The notes under the pieces were generated by a model. That model searched no databases, had not been told where the DNA came from, and worked only from the letters and a program-made list of their open reading frames with translations. A stretch of DNA of 64,000 nucleotides, taken from NCBI GenBank assembly GCA_963793865.1, contig CAWCBP010000002.1, forward strand, positions 96,001 to 160,000, in the 5' to 3' direction. Origin of the DNA: an uncultured delta proteobacterium. Lineage in GTDB: Bacteria; Desulfobacterota; WTBG01. Both the position numbers and the translations under genes were made by a program. Each line of letters begins with the position of its first letter. Positions within the stretch are counted from its first letter, which is position 1. Of this stretch, positions 62,254 through 64,000 are shown piece by piece.

Positions 62254-62625
62254 ATGCGAAACATGATGAAAAGTAAAATTCACCGGGCCCGCGTGACTGA
62301 AGCCAATATCAATTACGAGGGCAGCATCACCATAGACAGCAGGCTGATGAAAGCCGCCGACATCGTCCCTTACGAGCAGGTGCACGTGCTCAACGTGAAC
62401 AACGGCGCGCGCTTCACAACCTACGCCATCGAGGGGCCGGAAGGCAGGGGGGACATCTGCCTGAACGGTGCCGCCGCCCGGTTGGGCATGAAGGGTGATA
62501 TCGTCATCATTATCACCTACACCCAGATGAGCGAAGCGGAACTGGTAAACTACCACCCCGGGGTGGTCCATGTGGATGAGCATAACGCCATCACCACCAA
62601 TCCGGCAGAACCGGTCTTTGCGTGA
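62254..62625 (+). CDS. panD: Aspartate 1-decarboxylase
   Basis: [22 protein letters not shown] (Gly-Ser autocleavage site), [23 protein letters not shown]. Confidence 0.96.
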   Translation: MRNMMKSKIHRARVTEANINYEGSITIDSRLMKAADIVPYEQVHVLNVNNGARFTTYAIEGPEGRGDICLNGAAARLGMKGDIVIIITYTQMSEAELVNYHPGVVHVDEHNAITTNPAEPVFA

Positions 62626-62989
62626 GGGAACAGGGGTCAGGGTGAAGGATCAAAAGGCGGTTTCTTGATGGAGTATTGGAGTGGGGATTTTGGAGGGGTG
62701 GCTTCTGAATATCGAGGAATGCACGCCGTTGCGTCCGATGATGATCTGCGGCCACGGCAATAAACTTGTAGGGGCAGGCCCCTGTGCCTGCCTAGTATCA
62801 TAGGGCAACCACAGGGGGTTGCCCCTACGATTTGTTTCTTTCTTCGTGCTCTTCGTATTTCCCTTCGTGTTCTTCGTGGTTCAAAAAAGAGGGAACAGGG
62901 TTCGGGGTCAAGGTTTCATGTATCCTGCATCATGCATCGCTTCCTGCTTTTCCTGTAAACTGTCAACTGTCAACTTTTTCCCCTCCACC

Positions 62990-63871
62990 TTACACCTTAC
63001 TGCTTAACCCTCGCCCCTGCCTTTCAGGAATACCGCCCTCGCAGGGCACTGCCGTCTGACAGAGACCACAGGTCGGCAGAACCGGATCAATCAGCTCACA
63101 CTGCTGCATAATTGCCGCACCATGCCTCATGCAAAGCTCCTTGTCATGACCTTTCCCGGAAATGGCGCCTCCCGGACACCGCTCCATGCATTTTCCGCAT
63201 CGATGTAAACTATAAAAAAGGCAGTATTCATGATGGTTGCCATAGGGTCGTACGGTCGGTTTCAATTGCAAACCGGTCACCAGACTTCCGCAGCGTGCGG
63301 CGATGCCGCGTTTGGTGATCAGTCCGCCGCTGAGGCCGAATGTGCCCAGCCCCGCGACATAAGCAACGTGCCGTTCCGACCAGTTCGAGGTAAAACCCGT
63401 ATCCTCGGGCTGCAGGACTTCATAGAGCGATGATTGTGTTGGAACAACGGCAACAAATCCCAGGTCGCTGAGAAAGGAAGCCAGATGCTCACCAAGCTTA
63501 CCGTTCAGCTCTTCACCGTATTTCTTCGCACAAGCCCACACGGGTGATGAGCAGAATGTTGCGCTGCGGTTTCTTTCCCGCACATCCCTGCTGAAGGGAA
63601 GAATCCAGGAAACAACACTTGATCCATCCCAGGATCCCTTGTGCCCGGGAAAGAACCGTTCCAGCATTTCCCGCGGCGTGAGATGAAAAGCTCCTATGAT
63701 ATGTTTCAGTTCCGAGAACAGCGGGTCGCATGCGTCGGCAAAACCGACCAGGGGGGTGCTGAAATAAGCGGCCAAACCGAGCTCCCGGTTCTGATTGTCG
63801 GGGCTCTCAGCAACAAATCGTTCTATTTCTTTAATGATTGCTTCTTCGGGATTGTTTTGCAGTGAAGGCAT
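62990..63871 (-). CDS. Epoxyqueuosine-reductase-like (QueG-like) 4Fe-4S protein
   Basis: PLVGFA...DPLF, SNWSERHVAY.AGLGTFGLS, C....C.KC..RCP.GAI, CGLCQT.VPCE. Confidence 0.82.
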   Translation of the reverse strand: MPSLQNNPEEAIIKEIERFVAESPDNQNRELGLAAYFSTPLVGFADACDPLFSELKHIIGAFHLTPREMLERFFPGHKGSWDGSSVVSWILPFSRDVRERNRSATFCSSPVWACAKKYGEELNGKLGEHLASFLSDLGFVAVVPTQSSLYEVLQPEDTGFTSNWSERHVAYVAGLGTFGLSGGLITKRGIAARCGSLVTGLQLKPTVRPYGNHHEYCLFYSLHRCGKCMERCPGGAISGKGHDKELCMRHGAAIMQQCELIDPVLPTCGLCQTAVPCEGGIPERQGRGLSSKV

Positions 63872-64000
63872 CGTTGAAGGGTTCAGGGGTTAGGGTAAAG
63901 GGGTCAGGGGTCAGGGACAGGGGGTCAGGGTCAAAAGGGCGGTTTATAGTTTACGGTTGCCAGGTTGTTTGCATTCTCAAGGTTCGCCGGTTTGCCCGTT

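Overview
Bacterial genomic DNA, most consistent with a Deltaproteobacteria/Desulfobacterota-type anaerobe (many sigma-54 activators, a W/Mo aldehyde:ferredoxin oxidoreductase, iron-sulfur flavoproteins). The taxonomy is inferred from gene content only. The left part (1 to about 37 kb) is a mosaic accessory region. It holds small stress-type membrane protein genes and AT-rich secreted-protein genes behind three copies of one sigma-54 enhancer/promoter module, several pseudogenes, and a candidate 47-aa selenoprotein with a SECIS-like hairpin. Its most notable content is a convergent cluster at 6984-22328. This combines homologs of all three bacterial ceramide-synthesis enzymes (Spt, CerR, bCerS) with a ~2560-codon thioesterase-less iterative type I PKS/FAS (ER-ER-KS-AT-ACP-KR-DH), a PPTase, an ABC transporter and a GT-B-fold protein. 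The 9.5-16.4 kb part is heavily frameshifted, which could be sequencing error or decay. The right part (about 37.8-64 kb) carries housekeeping and defence-like genes: DUF445, MBL hydrolase, DUF2779, AbiEi/AbiEii, a DEAD-box helicase, an unusual Hsp70-TPR plus UvrD-like helicase operon, AOR with a Moco/Tuco riboswitch, panD and a QueG-like gene. Its intergenic spaces are packed with REP/REPIN-like and 7-8-mer repeats, one of which sits in-frame inside the DUF2779 gene. No rRNA, tRNA, CRISPR array or intact transposase was recognised. All calls come from motif reading; no database searches were run.
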